A stretch of DNA of 47,207 bases, counting the filler, from Catajapyx aquilonaris (Eukaryota): the NCBI GenBank assembly GCA_000934665.2. It is 2 parts of 2 records of this genome, joined end to end, with 100 filler letters (N's around TTAATTAATTAA, not from the genome) between each part and the next. Parts side by side here need not be neighbours in the genome. Positions count along the whole stretch, not along the records: positions 1 to 23,560 come from JYFJ02005661.1; positions 23,661 to 47,207 come from JYFJ02005662.1. The stretch is one strand, 5' to 3'. Shown one piece after another: positions 13,096 through 25,865 of this stretch. The stretch's first letter is position 1, and every line of letters starts with the position of its first letter. The notes beneath the pieces were generated by a model. That model was given only the letters and a program-made list of their open reading frames with translations. It was not told the DNA's origin and did not search any database. Both the position numbers and the translations under genes were made by a program.

Positions 13096-14265
13096 CATGT
13101 CCCATTTGTGCAAAAAAAAGAAAGCGTTGTGGCAGTTTTGTGCAAAAATCTGCTCATGTTCACAAAAAAAAGAAAGGAATTAAAATGCCATTTCTACTGT
13201 AAATATCCTAGTAAGCTTGGTTCATCTTTATTGGGGGCTTTTATTCTCAACAGGTCAGGGTGTCACTATTTACAAATGCACTGGCAAACAAAAATGTGGT
13301 CACTTCTGGTACACCCTTCATGCCCTCACATTTATTTTTGGCTGATTTTTTGTTTTTATACAAACTTGGGCACTTGAATTCCCCCCGCCCCTTTTCCCCC
13401 CCATTGTGGTTCAGTCTACGTACAAGTCACTTACCCTTGTGTAGGTAAACATAGAAGAGACAGGCAAATGTTGCCTTCCTTTCTCAGCCTCATAAATGAT
13501 ATTTGGCGGTCCAAAAGCAGGGAGTCTAATTTGTGTCTCCACATATACATCTGGTTGCAGTTGGCAGGGTTCATCCTGGAAGGAAAAGGAACATGTGACT
13601 CTCCAAAATAGATGACGACGACGATGGAATACAACTACCAGGTGAGACATGGCACAATTCTACACAGCATACATGATACGCACAGAAAATACATCCAATC
13701 ATTCCACAAGAACCATTCTCATTGCAACCTTTTGTTTGTCATGGAAAATCACAAAACAATATAAACATAAGCACATTGCTAGAACACTTCTGAGTCCAAA
13801 CACACGACACTATAGGTGCTGATTTTATTTTTCATTGTGCATTGTATAGCTATATACAATACTGTATTATTGGTCTCTGCCCTCCCAGAAGCGCTCCACC
13901 TGTCGTTACAATGCATTACGGATGCTGCAATTCTACGCCAAAGAAAGGAAAGGAACCTGATGATCCTCAGCCTGGAACCTCCCATTAAACATGTGCATTG
14001 AATGTTTCAAATACGGAGTATTAAAAACAGCGATATTAGTATTGTCTGTGGGAAAATTTTGCACCTCTCATTTTCTTTATAATTTTGTTTCGTTTTACGT
14101 CATTTCACTTTACACCACTCTGTTGCTGAAACCAATCCCCTGCGTACAAAGAGGAGTACCTGTATGTTTACTAATATTGCAAAAGTGTTGTCTGTGGCTC
14201 TGTTCCTACCTTATGCTCATGGCAGTGCCTGCAAGTGTTTACAGAATTATTATAAAAGATTTTAA

Positions 14266-14271
14266 AATAAA
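14266..14271 (+). terminator. candidate polyadenylation signal for MPLKIP
   Basis: AATAAA followed by a GT/T-rich stretch, near the end of the CpG-depleted zone. Confidence 0.3.
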
Positions 14272-17200
14272 AGTCATTGATGTGTGACAAGTTTGTTATG
14301 CAAGTCATTTCAGACTCGAGAATGGCCACTGGTCCAGTCGTCACACTGATAAAATGTAAGAACGTTTCAAAATGTAAAATCTGAAATTGTATTCTTCGTA
14401 ACATTAGAGTGTGGTAGAATTATTCCCTAATTAACTCAGACATTAGTTGAGTTCCTGATGGTAATCCTTATTCATATATGATGACTGATGAGATTATCAA
14501 ATGAAAGTCATGCAATTTACTGCCTTTGCGATCCACCCATTGCACAATGAAGCACATGCCTGCTGCTGCGCGCGCATAAAGCATCACAGCCTCGCATTTT
14601 GAACAAATGTTATTCCTGGTTTGGCCAGGGCCGAGAAACGACGCCGCAATAATCGTGTGACGTGTACAATAAGCAATTGAACTCTAGATGTAACACCACG
14701 TCTCCGACAGACTCCAAACGGAAATTAATTCCAAGGTCACGATCTACAACCTTGAGTGAATGACAGCTCACGTTTCAATATGCTTCGTAAAATTTGACAC
14801 CGCCCATTAATATATTCCGTTTACCGTGTCATGTTACAGACATCCGCGTCTCCTCACCCAAATATGCCGCCCTCTACGGGTGCTAACTTCTGTACTAAGT
14901 GACGACTTCGGCATGCAGATATCGCACACAATGAATGCACAACAGCAGCCAACCAACTCCTGATGAGTCAGCTACAGGCTTGATCGATTCCAAAGTCTAT
15001 AATATAGGCACGGCATTGTCAAACTTGTGCATGGGAGGCGAGTAGCACGCCAATATTTATTGACAAAATGCCTAGTTGTACGACCGCAAATCTTTTAAAA
15101 TCTCAGATTATGTACTGGTATTCTCAACGTTTCATAATCCCCGCACGCCACAATCATGCCTATCCCTCTCGGTAGCGGGTTCATGTTCGTGAGTAATACT
15201 TAATTACCTATGCCTTACCGCCCACGCCATGCAGGGTGATCTGGATAAACAAAGCGACCAGGACTGATATAATAATTGGTGTGTGCCAATAAAAATCAAA
15301 TACGGGCAAATGGAATGCGCAACAGGTGTTTCGAGGGCGTCTGCGAACATACTTCAGGTAATTGCTGATTTATTCGTCCGACACAGTACAGTAGGTACTA
15401 TACAAATTATCAAGGACGGCATAGGGTTACTGACTTCGCCAGTGCAGAACTAGGGTAGCCTACTGTACGTGAATGTATTCTTGTTGTGCCAAAGACCAGG
15501 GCAGCATAGTAGGACCGTTGTTACATTCAAGAGAAAACAAACTCAACGCGGTCTTGCCAGGGTCTTGCATTATCGTTGACAGCATATGTAAATTGCACTG
15601 ATATGATTTCACTGATTATTCCAACAGAGCACAAATGCAAATACAACCACAGTGGCTCCCACCGAGTTTAGCCTGCTATAGTCGCCATGCTAATGAGCAG
15701 GGCATTTGTAGGGTTTCACTCGAAGCTCGATTTTTAACTACCACCAAAATATTCCGCAATAATGCCTCTGGGCTATACTGTAGATGACGTGTACTCCTGG
15801 CGTTAAACGATACGTTCAGACTTTTTCCCCCCCCCCCCNTGAGGGTCAAATTACTGATAACAAGACTCGCCAAAGGTGTCAGACTACCGCGACAAAATGC
15901 TGCATCGGCATGTCCCAAATAGCTGAAATGACATTCCTAATTCGGGATATGAACGCCACGTGGGAAAATAAGCATAGTCCGACCGACCATCACGAGTAAC
16001 ATGACGCCACAAAGAAGCAAAATCCAACGACTCGACTGACATTCCGGTGATGTCTTGCTCCAATGTGAACTTGCACATCTGTAAAGGCTGCAGTTTATTC
16101 CCACTACATTAGTGACTGCAGGGCTTTCCGGTGATCTCGTAGGAGTCTTTAAAAGCATAGGTAATCTTATTTGGCCGCGACAGTGCACGGCAGGCTGTAA
16201 CCCAATACCTGTGAACAAAACCGTCGCAGAGTATGAAAATCCGGTTACCATGCAAGATCTAATAAAACACAGCCAGCAGTGGCCCGGTCCTTGACAAGTA
16301 GCGTAGTGTGCAATTTACACGAAAAAGTATTTCCTGCAGACAACACTAATCGTTACTAAGCTGGTACGTGGCGAACGCATGCAGTTAAATACCGTGAGAC
16401 ACCGTACTTCCTGGTGTAGAATTAATGTCATTTAAGGCCGGTTGCGTGACTGATGGTGCATATCCCCCTTTCGTATAATCCACTGAGGGCAACATGCCAA
16501 TTAATGACATGCATGCATGTCGCCATTTCTATGTACTCCAGCAAAATATGTACTAGAATGCGCGTGTTGCGCCATAACTACGGAGATAGTTAATTCAATG
16601 AGTTACGTCGCTGTGATCCACAATAGTGATTTGTCACTAGGTGGAGTTCATATTATCACCTCACACAATTATGCCAAATATGCATCATCAGCCTACTTTA
16701 CTGGAGTAGTTCTCGTTTTGTGTCCGGTCGCGATATTATCTGCCTGAAAGCCTCCATGGATTCGGCATATGTTTCAAAGATCCACATGTCAACCAAAATA
16801 GCAGCAATTCCGACTTAATTCAGTCTTAGTTACCGGGTGGAAATGATGCTCGTGAAATGTTTGAACGGGACATTTAATTTCGTCAAGTGTCAAATGCATT
16901 TTAATGGTACGCAACATGTCTATAAATGCACACTTTATGAGAGGAAATCACAATATCAGTCGCGGCATGGCATGGCATGATGTCACGTCACGTCATGCTT
17001 CCTCCGTCATAAAATGCGCTTCGTTTATCTAACAAGCAGCAGTCATCTGATATCTGCATGCACCATGAGTGACATATCAAAATATATCTATGGACTACGC
17101 ATCAATTTAGGGTTGGATTGGTCACTCACGTGAACTTCTGGCATTGTGATACACTTACTATGCGCATCTCACGGAACAACCTGTCACTCACCTTGTTCCG

Positions 17201-20200
17201 ATGGATATCACGTATTGTTATTTGGCTGACATTTGCTGTGGAGCTATTCAAAGACGTGGCCTACATGAAGGCTTTCATTCAGATTTACATTGCAGTACCT
17301 AGTACATCTTCGTAGGATTTTTTCAGAAATGGCGACATTCACGTCGTACTTCTTGCCTGTGAAACGCAACTACCGCAATGAAATCGCGCAAATAATGTTC
17401 GATTCAGCATATGCAATCTCTGAAATCGCAATTACCCTTTTCTGCTGCCTCGATTCACATCTACTTTTTAATACACAGGATTTACCTTCATGCTGATGAT
17501 GTGATATGGTAATATACGGTACCACAAATGCGCCTATATCATTAACACAGCTTTTCAGTGAACCCAATTTCCTATGTACGTATACCCATTGTATACGTCC
17601 TAATATTTTACTTCCCGCATGTACTGAACTTCTGATAATCGGCTACATCAGTTTATTTTCCATGGCATACTTTTCTAATCATATTGCTCAATTACGCAGC
17701 TACAATTTTATAAAAGCGTCAGTTTGAAACGATGTTATACTGTGAAAATGGGCGTAAGCATTTAAATTCTGTACACCGACTCTTCCTCAGATCAAGTGCG
17801 TGCTTTGGTTAGCGAAGTCGCAGTCAGACCCTCTTGCGCAATACATCAGGAATTGGGGATTTCGCAGCAGGTTAATATTCATGGACTACGCCGTAAAATT
17901 GTATGGATTATGCTGACATGTCCCTCAGAGACGCTCCCCACATTTGCCCTTGGCACATTACAACGTACGCAGATTTAAAATTTATATTTAAAAAGTAGAA
18001 GTGGCATAGAGCGGAATCGGCCATAGCTGGAAATTAGCCTGAATGTTAACGACGACATCTAGATCGCGTCTCGATCTCGAGTGTAATTTAATCCTCATTT
18101 ATCTATTGCTGGTTTGCCAATCAGTAGGTCTAACAAAATGGTGCATCTCTCTGCCATGGTTAAGGGAAAAAAGCCGCATCTGCAAAGAGCAGTATGGTCG
18201 TGACAAGAAGCCATTCTCCACTTTATTGCATATTGCCAATACAGCTTTTCCACCTGACCATGAAGATCTGCACTGCTGGTAGACCAATGAGAGAAGCGTC
18301 CTGATATAATATACAGCCTGGCAATCGGATCAGTCCATTCTGCCTCGAGATGAAGGAAGTGCAGGAAGGCAGCTGTAGCTTTCCAGTGACTACTCACGCA
18401 AGCCACCAGGCCAACTTTCGATGCGCTTCCCACCATCCGAGGCGGATTTGGACAATTTCAATAGCCATCAGTGCTGCCAATACATTTCATTTGTATCGGG
18501 AACCTTCTCTCTTTGGTCGGCCAGTTCAATCTGAATAGGATAGTGCTGCTCTATACATTGGCTCTCCACGCCTCCACTTATTTTCACGTTCTTCTGGATA
18601 CCAGTCTATGAAGAAAGCTACTTTTGAAAACGCTGGAGAATTACTTCCAAGATTCTAAGCAATGCAACAAATGTCTCTAAATGTCAGCAATTCTTCGTAA
18701 TCGTGTTTGCACACTGTGTTCCGAGTATAAGCATTCATTGCTCCATAATGCTCAGTGTAATGACGAGGTAATGAATTTTCAACGATCCTGGCTACTTCTG
18801 GTAGGGTATTTCTCTGCCCAATTTGACAGTGCATAGGGGTCGTTGGGAAGAATTCATTGATTAGGAGCACCTCATCTGCATTAGAAGTCCAGTCCAGACT
18901 CGAAATAAGACATGGGTCCACTGCAATGAAAGGTGGCCGCCATTGTTTATGGCTTTATGCCATCAGAGGTGACTCATCAATTAACCCTTCCTTGTCCCCT
19001 CCTCTTTGGATCATTTCTTGGGCAGATAAATACCCTATAGAACTCATCAATATCAACGATTAAAAATTATGCTGCATTCATGATCGCCATATTTAATTTT
19101 TACTTTATATTTTGGGTGGCATGGGTCACCATACACAGAATAATTCTCTACCTCTCCTAGTCAGTGTCCCTTTTCCGGAAAGGCCTTTGAGTTTCACTAG
19201 AAGAGGATATATCTTATCGTTGTGCAATCCCCAATGTGGCATTTTGCACAATAAATATAAGCACTCCTGGCAGAGTATGTTTATGTTTATCCACCCATGG
19301 ATAATATTTGATATCTCCATATGCCGGCAGAAAATCGAAGCCAGAAAAGGCACCTGTAAAGAATTGTGTATTCGTGTCGACACTGTCCAATCCCAAAAGC
19401 CCTGTACTCACATGTGCAGTACCAGTTTTATTGTTTGATGCAGTACAACGTGGCACATATTGCTATCCACTAACACCCAGTCGATTAGGCTGGTGGCACG
19501 AGTAAGGTTGGGATCACATAGTGCAAGTCATGGGATGTCGACACAAGAGCCTACGGGCTGGCCTAAAGCTGACTTGAGAAACAAGAACATCGATTCCACA
19601 CCTCAAAGTACAAGACACCTCAGCAACGAATCAAAATCCATAATAGTACAGGGGAAAAAATAATCGTGCTGAGCCGCCTCTTTGTTTGGAAATCCAAAAT
19701 GGTTCCTGAACTGACCTTTCGCTGTCTTGCTCTCTCAACCAGCAATTGACACAAAATGAAACTGAAATCTTCACTTGTCCATCTTCTGGGTCACATAGCT
19801 GTGTCTGATCCAGGTCACCAAACCAAAGGCGTCTCTGGCATCCAGTCCATTTAAAAAAAAATTACACCATCCTGCACCTCCATCGGCCACAAACAATGCA
19901 TTGTGGGACTGGACTTTCATTTCAGTGTGACAGCAGGACAGCATCTTTTTATTTTTTCACCACCTTCTGTATTCCATATTTCCACAAGTGGGGAGGGCCG
20001 CTTACGTACAAAAGGTTGCAATTTTCTCTTTCTACGTGTATGTGATGACCTGTCCTGCTCTGTCCATGCATACGAAATATTACCTTCACTTCTGGTCTTT
20101 ACTTAGCAAGAAGAAAAAAAAACAAGAGCTGGGCAGGACATCCACACCTTCATACATGCGCACCCACTCACACACACTAGTATAATAGTCCAGGCTTCAA

Positions 20201-20704
20201 TAACGTAGCACTGTGGTCACAAATAGTTAAAGCATACCTAACTTATGTAAATAAAGTGACTATGGTACCAGAAAGTACTGCACAATTAGACGATCAATTA
20301 TTCCACTGGTATGATTACCAGGGTCAATTTCATGTTACTGTTCTCAGACTGGTGATCCAGTTAACACAATTTCACAACTTAGATTGTATTCTAAATTGAG
20401 AACAAAGTTTAATCAACACCTGGCCTCTACGAAACATCGAAAACAATACCAGGAAAGGGAAAAGTTACGGCAACACACACAAACACTACGTGTTCCTAAA
20501 CCCAATTGATGCTAGCAAGGGTGGCAGGCAGGCCAACAAAAGAAATCACATGTGCAAAACCTTCCAAAACCACCCCATATTCCTCAAAAAAAATCACAGA
20601 CATAAATCAAACATAACAAGAAAAATATTTATATTCACAGTGTCCATGTCTCACCTCTTTGATAACTATATACAACAGTCCAAAAGTTTAGAGGGCACTC
20701 CCTC

Positions 20705-22953
20705 TCACCTCCTGCCCCCAGTGGAAGAGTAGGGCCATTGCCCTCTCGCAAATGCAGCCAAATATGCCTGTTCATATGCTGCCTCCCCTTCACTGTACGC
20801 AGAGGAAGACTGATACTGTTGTTGGTACTGGACAGGGAAGTCAGACTGGAAGTGTGCGAGGTTTTGCAGGAGTGGTGGTGGTGGGGGCTGACGGGATGGT
20901 GCATAGGGAGCTTCGTTCTTTTCACTCACTGGAGGAGGGGGTGGTAATGGTGGCACAGTGGGAGGTAGGGGAGGATTGTGACGGGGGGCCGAATTACTAG
21001 TGTTACTCGAGGAGGAGGTTACATTACCTGTCTCCAACTCTTTGACTGGCAACCCATGTTGGGTGAGCAACTTGGCCAGAGCTGTACGGACACCATCTGT
21101 TGCCAGTTCACCACTGCCTGAGTTGGCTGTGGGGACATGATGGCGGCCACGACCACGGACCCTGGCTATCTCATCAACACATTCTAAGGAGAAAAGACAC
21201 AGGTATCACATGCCACATATGATCCTAGTTGCAGATTTTCTGCTTTCAAAATGTCTTGCTTGGCATTTAATTGTGATACTAGTTCTACAATTTGTGTATA
21301 TAGCTGCAATTACTACCAGTTTTGCACAAATTTCTACATCCCAGTATAACATGCAATGGAAGTTCGGCAACAATTGTTCAAAAATACTTTCCCACAATTT
21401 GTTTCCTCTCATATCAACTGTCAGTCAGTTAGCTACCACTTGAGGATGCATTAGAATCTCTTGTAATTATTTCAAAATAACAGGATCAGAGGTTAACACC
21501 TTACGAAACAGACATCACATTACTCACCATCAGCATTAAAGACAGCCTGATTTGGGTCTAGTCGCACGTCCTTGGCCTGCCCATCACTCTGCTCACTGAC
21601 CTGCTTCGCTGCAGCAGCAATCAGCAGCTGCATCTTGAGGTTCTGTAACAGCTGTGATGTCTGGGGATCAGCCTGTTCATTCAATAGTGACGTCAGCTGA
21701 TCCACCCTGACAGTTCTCCGGGTCTGAAGGAGTGTTGAGATTGCCGCCAGTTGCCTCTGCAGGCTACCTCCCTCGCCAATCAGGTGTGCCAGAGGTGGTG
21801 GTGTGTGACCATCAACCTTCTGAACAGGTGGGGCCAGTGTGGCAGTAGGAGGGGTCATAGAATCTGACCCACCCTTGTAGCCTCGTCCTCTCGCACTCAG
21901 AGGAGAATTCGGTGTGTCAGAGCGTGATGTGGAAACGCTACCATCTCGGGAGTGCTCCTCCCGAGAGAATCCAGCCTCTTTCTTAAGGATTTTGGATGAG
22001 CCACCTGCCTCAAACTGCTCTCGATGAGGCTTACCAGGTGGGAGGTTTCGCAGAGACTCCTGTTGTTCTCGCATCTGGCGCTGCCGTTTCTTGGACCACA
22101 GCTCATGGCAATCTTGCCATGTTGGAAGCTCAGGCGGAGGCATCCTAGCACACGTGAAATAAATAATTATTCACTGTTTCAAAATCTATCTCAAATGCAG
22201 AATGTCATGTGGCACCTCTCCATAACTGCCAACACAATGACACGTTCAAATTCGTAATGAACTGAAGAAAACCAGGCTAAGCTACAAAAAATTGATCCTC
22301 AGGAAAATAAACTTTTGAAATTTGAATAATAGGTAAAGAGTAAACCACCTGTCTTGGCTATCCTGTCCTGATATCAGCTTGCTTACTTACCAATTGCAAT
22401 TATTGGTGCTCTATGATGAACGGAAGTACAGTGTGCATTTCCTTGCAAAAATTTAAGCATTTGCAGTAAATTCAGTCACATGCTCTTACGGAGTTTTCCT
22501 TTGGTCTGGACATACCTTATGCTTATAGAGAAGTGACTAAAGCCAGTAATGCCTTAAATTGAAACTCTGTTGCAACTTGGCTCTCAGCCACATTATCATG
22601 GGTTAAGCTTTATCAATATACAAACAAATGCAAAAAGAAGGCAAGAAAGGTGCTAAGTAACATTCTGGGAAGTTTTTTACGTACTCTTCAGGAACCACAT
22701 TCTTGAGCCATGATGACTTTAGTGCATCCTCTGCAGTGATACGCTTCTCTGGGTCAAGCACAAGCATGCGATCAAGAAGATCTAGAGCAGTGGTGGGCAT
22801 GAAAGAAAACTCCTCCCGGAGCTGCCTCTGGTGTGTCTTTTTGGGTTTTAGTGTATGCCACAAAGACAACTTTATCACATTTGGCCACACAGCAGGGGTT
22901 GGTGTGCCACACAGCCGAGAGATCATCTCCAATTGCATCATCTCAACGTTTGC
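20705..22953 (-). CDS. CDK12: cyclin-dependent kinase 12/13, 3' part (exons 22953-22685, 22144-21528, 21183-20705); 5' exons missing from the window
   Basis: [26 protein letters not shown]...[23 protein letters not shown] (kinase subdomains X-XI) is spliced to [23 protein letters not shown], the CDK12/13-specific C-terminal extension, and then to a Pro/Gln-rich tail. GT-AG junctions are phase-compatible (2,1). Confidence 0.93.
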
Positions 22954-23560
22954 CTAGGAAACAGGGGAAAGAGAACAATTCTAAAAATTGTTCAGAAAGG
23001 TTTACATTATAAATTTGTTGTGGCTTATACAGAGTGTCACTCTGCTCCAGGAAATGGTCTGAAGAAAGAGACTGTATGAGAATAGAATGATGTCACTCCT
23101 GGCGATGTAAACAATGTGGGCTCCATCTTACCCTGCACATATTCTATTGTGGTGAGAGAATATTTGTTCAAGACCAAAATCATTACTCACTTCCTGCTAG
23201 CTCAGCTGCAAAAAATATATCTATAGGCCTACGCTTTTCATCTGAAACCAGGTACAAATACATTTTTGCAACATCAAATTATGTGCAAGTGCACTGCAAG
23301 ATGGCCTCTAACCTTAGTTTACACAGGCAGAGATATCTAATGCATGAACTGTCCACCTGTCCCACTTCTCAGACCATTTTCTTGGGCACAGTAACATTCT
23401 GTATACAGGATGGTTCCAGTAACTCTGGCAAAAATCACAGGATCAGTAGAGGCCCCATAGGCAAGTATTTTGAGCTTAGGTACCCATGTCCAGAAATGCC
23501 CCCGTATGGGGGTACGGCCGTTTCCACCTTCGAGTACGATGGGTTACCTACCCACCAGGC

Positions 23561-23660
23561 NNNNNNNNNNNNNNNNNNNNNNNNNNNNNNNNNNNNNNNN
23601 NNNNTTAATTAATTAANNNNNNNNNNNNNNNNNNNNNNNNNNNNNNNNNNNNNNNNNNNN
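23561..23660. other. artificial assembly spacer N44-TTAATTAATTAA-N44
   Basis: Exactly 100 nt; the central palindrome gives stop codons in all six frames. Confidence 0.97.
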
Positions 23661-24144
23661 ATCTCGTGATCTATTTGACGTAGCGAAACCATTTAGTGGT
23701 CATATTGTAGCAAATTTATTCTAGTATGTATGTTATTTTGTAGGTTTTTATCGTAGGACACGTCATTTATAAGCTACCGGGTAAAAACTGGCTGGAAGTT
23801 CCCACATTTCTCCTTTTTGAAAATTTCGCCCAAATTGGAAGGGCTATTACTCCGAAACTATCGGAGGTAAAAAAATATCCGTCTGAGTCCAAATAGTAGC
23901 AAATTTAGTCTACTTTAAAAACGATATCTAAAACCTTCTTTGTCGGACGCTTAGTTTGGCAGATATTTGGCAAAAACCCAAAAAAAGTCCGAAAATTTCG
24001 GGGTTTTTCCAAGATGGCGGCGCCGGCGGCAAAAATTTTTGTTGGCAAACCTGCGGAAATTAGTCAGGGTACCAACCCTTACAACATATTAAAAAATTAG
24101 TTCTACCCTAATTATTGCATCAATTCTCTACTATTTGACTGGTC
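23661..24144. mobile_element. truncated DNA-transposon/MITE end inserted at TA
   Basis: Ends ...CTATTTGACTGGTC|TA CAAGTGAAAC. The paralogous site at 42928 reads GGCA|TA CAAGTGAAAC without this sequence. Confidence 0.4.
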
Positions 24145-24577
24145 TACAAGTGAAACACAAAGATTTCAATTTTAGCAATTTGAATTATTCATTCCACTAA
24201 TGTAGTTTCTTTAAATGCTCAGTCACCTTATATCAGGAATTGTGTACACTTTGGCAAGAGGCCCAAAGGATATGTGAATGACCTTCTCTCCTTATTGTGG
24301 AGGTGTAGTTTAGTCAGCTATGAATGTATTCAACCATGGAACATGTAGTACTGCTGTCCCAAGAGCTTTTAATTCTCAGTTGCATTAACTCAACTACTAT
24401 TCTACTGTAGTGCTAACTTCTGAAGAACTGATGGGCATTTCCAAGCAAACACAGACATATTGTCCGTTCGTTACGCAGGTTTTGTAGGCATGACTTGACC
24501 AAGTTGTAATTCCCTCATGCATAAGTTTTGCAGTCTTGAGTGAATCTGATTTTTCTTTGTAGGCTATTGGATCCAAC

Positions 24578-24883
24578 ATGCCTCGCCATATTTTCTCCGA
24601 CCTTGTGGAAGAATTGAAGATCTACATATTTTCCTTCCTGGACACTGGAGACAAGATTAGGGCTTCCCTTGTGTGCAAGGAATGGAACCGGCTCATGGAC
24701 ACCCCTTCTCTTTGGACATCTCTGGAGCTGTCAGGCAGAAGGGTCACAGACATAGAAGCTGCTAACATTGTAGCAAATAAGCGTTGCTTGAAGACTTTGG
24801 TCCTGAAGGATTTTGCCGAAGGTGGTGACCATGTGCTTCAGTGTGCTGCTGAAACCTGCACTCTCCTGGAAGTGCTGGAATTG
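24578..24883 (+). CDS. F-box/LRR (FBXL-type) protein first coding exon, copy A; no matching downstream LRR exon (partial gene or pseudogene)
   Basis: F-box motif SDLVEELKIYIFSFLDTGDKIRASLVCKEWNRLMDTPSLW; upstream acceptor TTTTCTTTGTAG; phase-0 donor TTG|GTGAGG. Confidence 0.7.
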
Positions 24884-25347
24884 GTGAGGATTGCTCTTGA
24901 ATAAAAAACTTGCTGATGGAGAATAAAGGATCATTAAGTTTCGATGATGTGTAAAGCGGCGTTTACATGTGAGCGATTTGATCCCGCAATGTCATCACCG
25001 AACGATAACAATGATGAGTAACCGGTATTGTTTAAGGCGAAAATCAATTGTTACTTTCATGTCAAACAATATTGGTTGCTTGGCATGGTGAAGACTTTGC
25101 TTGTCAGATCGCTCACATGTAAATGCACCTTAAGGGCCTTGTTACCCACAAGAGATGTAATATTATTTACCCTTGTCTTCTGACTGTAATTACCAGTGTT
25201 GTATTTTCAAAGAGCAAGCAACAAACCCTCCAAAAATGTGTACATGACTGGGAGGTTGCAGTTAGGTGCACAGTTCAATTTGTATTGATGCATCATGGAT
25301 TCATGGTAGTCCACTGAAGAGCTGTTTCATTTTTTAAATTCCATAAT

Positions 25348-25369
25348 CTTGTTGTTGTTGTTGTTGTTG

Positions 25370-25453
<84 letters not shown>

Positions 25454-25462
25454 ATTATTATA
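25348..25462. repeat. (GTT)n(ATT)n microsatellite
   Basis: Direct reading. The paralogous tract at ~44117-44236 has expanded GTT/GAT instead. Confidence 0.95.
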
Positions 25463-25479
25463 CATTATGGACTGTGCAT

Positions 25480-25815
25480 TTATATGGGAAGTCTTTTTGG
25501 AAGACTGTTAGGAGGTTAAGAACTGGCCTTGGGGTTAGGGTAGTGCGTGTGAAGGATAAGAAGGGTGACAGGCTGTGGGATGGTGAAGAGGCAAAAGGCC
25601 ATTGGGGAGAGTATTTTAAGGCTGGCAACAAGTGATTAGGCTAGTGTTGATGTATCTGTAAGCTTAATTGGGGAAGACGTACCAAGTACTGATGGTTGTG
25701 GGGATATTAGTAAGAAGGAAGTTGCAGCTGCTACTTTAGAACTTAAACTAGGTAAATCCCCTGGGGTTGATGCTATTTCTTTGGAAATAGTAAGGTGTGG
25801 CGGGGATGATGTAGG
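25480..25815 (+). mobile_element. degenerate RTE-like LINE fragment (truncated paralog of 44260-45200)
   Basis: Reads ...EVAAATLELKLGKSPGVDAISLEIVRCGG, the typical pre-RT motif K(S/A)PG.D.I..E. Confidence 0.7.
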
Positions 25816-25865
25816 GCTGTTTTGCATTGCATAGTGTAATATTTAAATTTAATATTGAGAGTTTG

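Noticed and set aside
14958..14992. Hammerhead ribozyme (CTGATGAG plus short stem)
   Set aside because: The required GAAA core and closing stems are missing.
15676..19663. Short ORFs as an endogenous viral element or hidden gene
   Set aside because: All are under ~115 aa, with no recognisable motifs or consistent exon chain.
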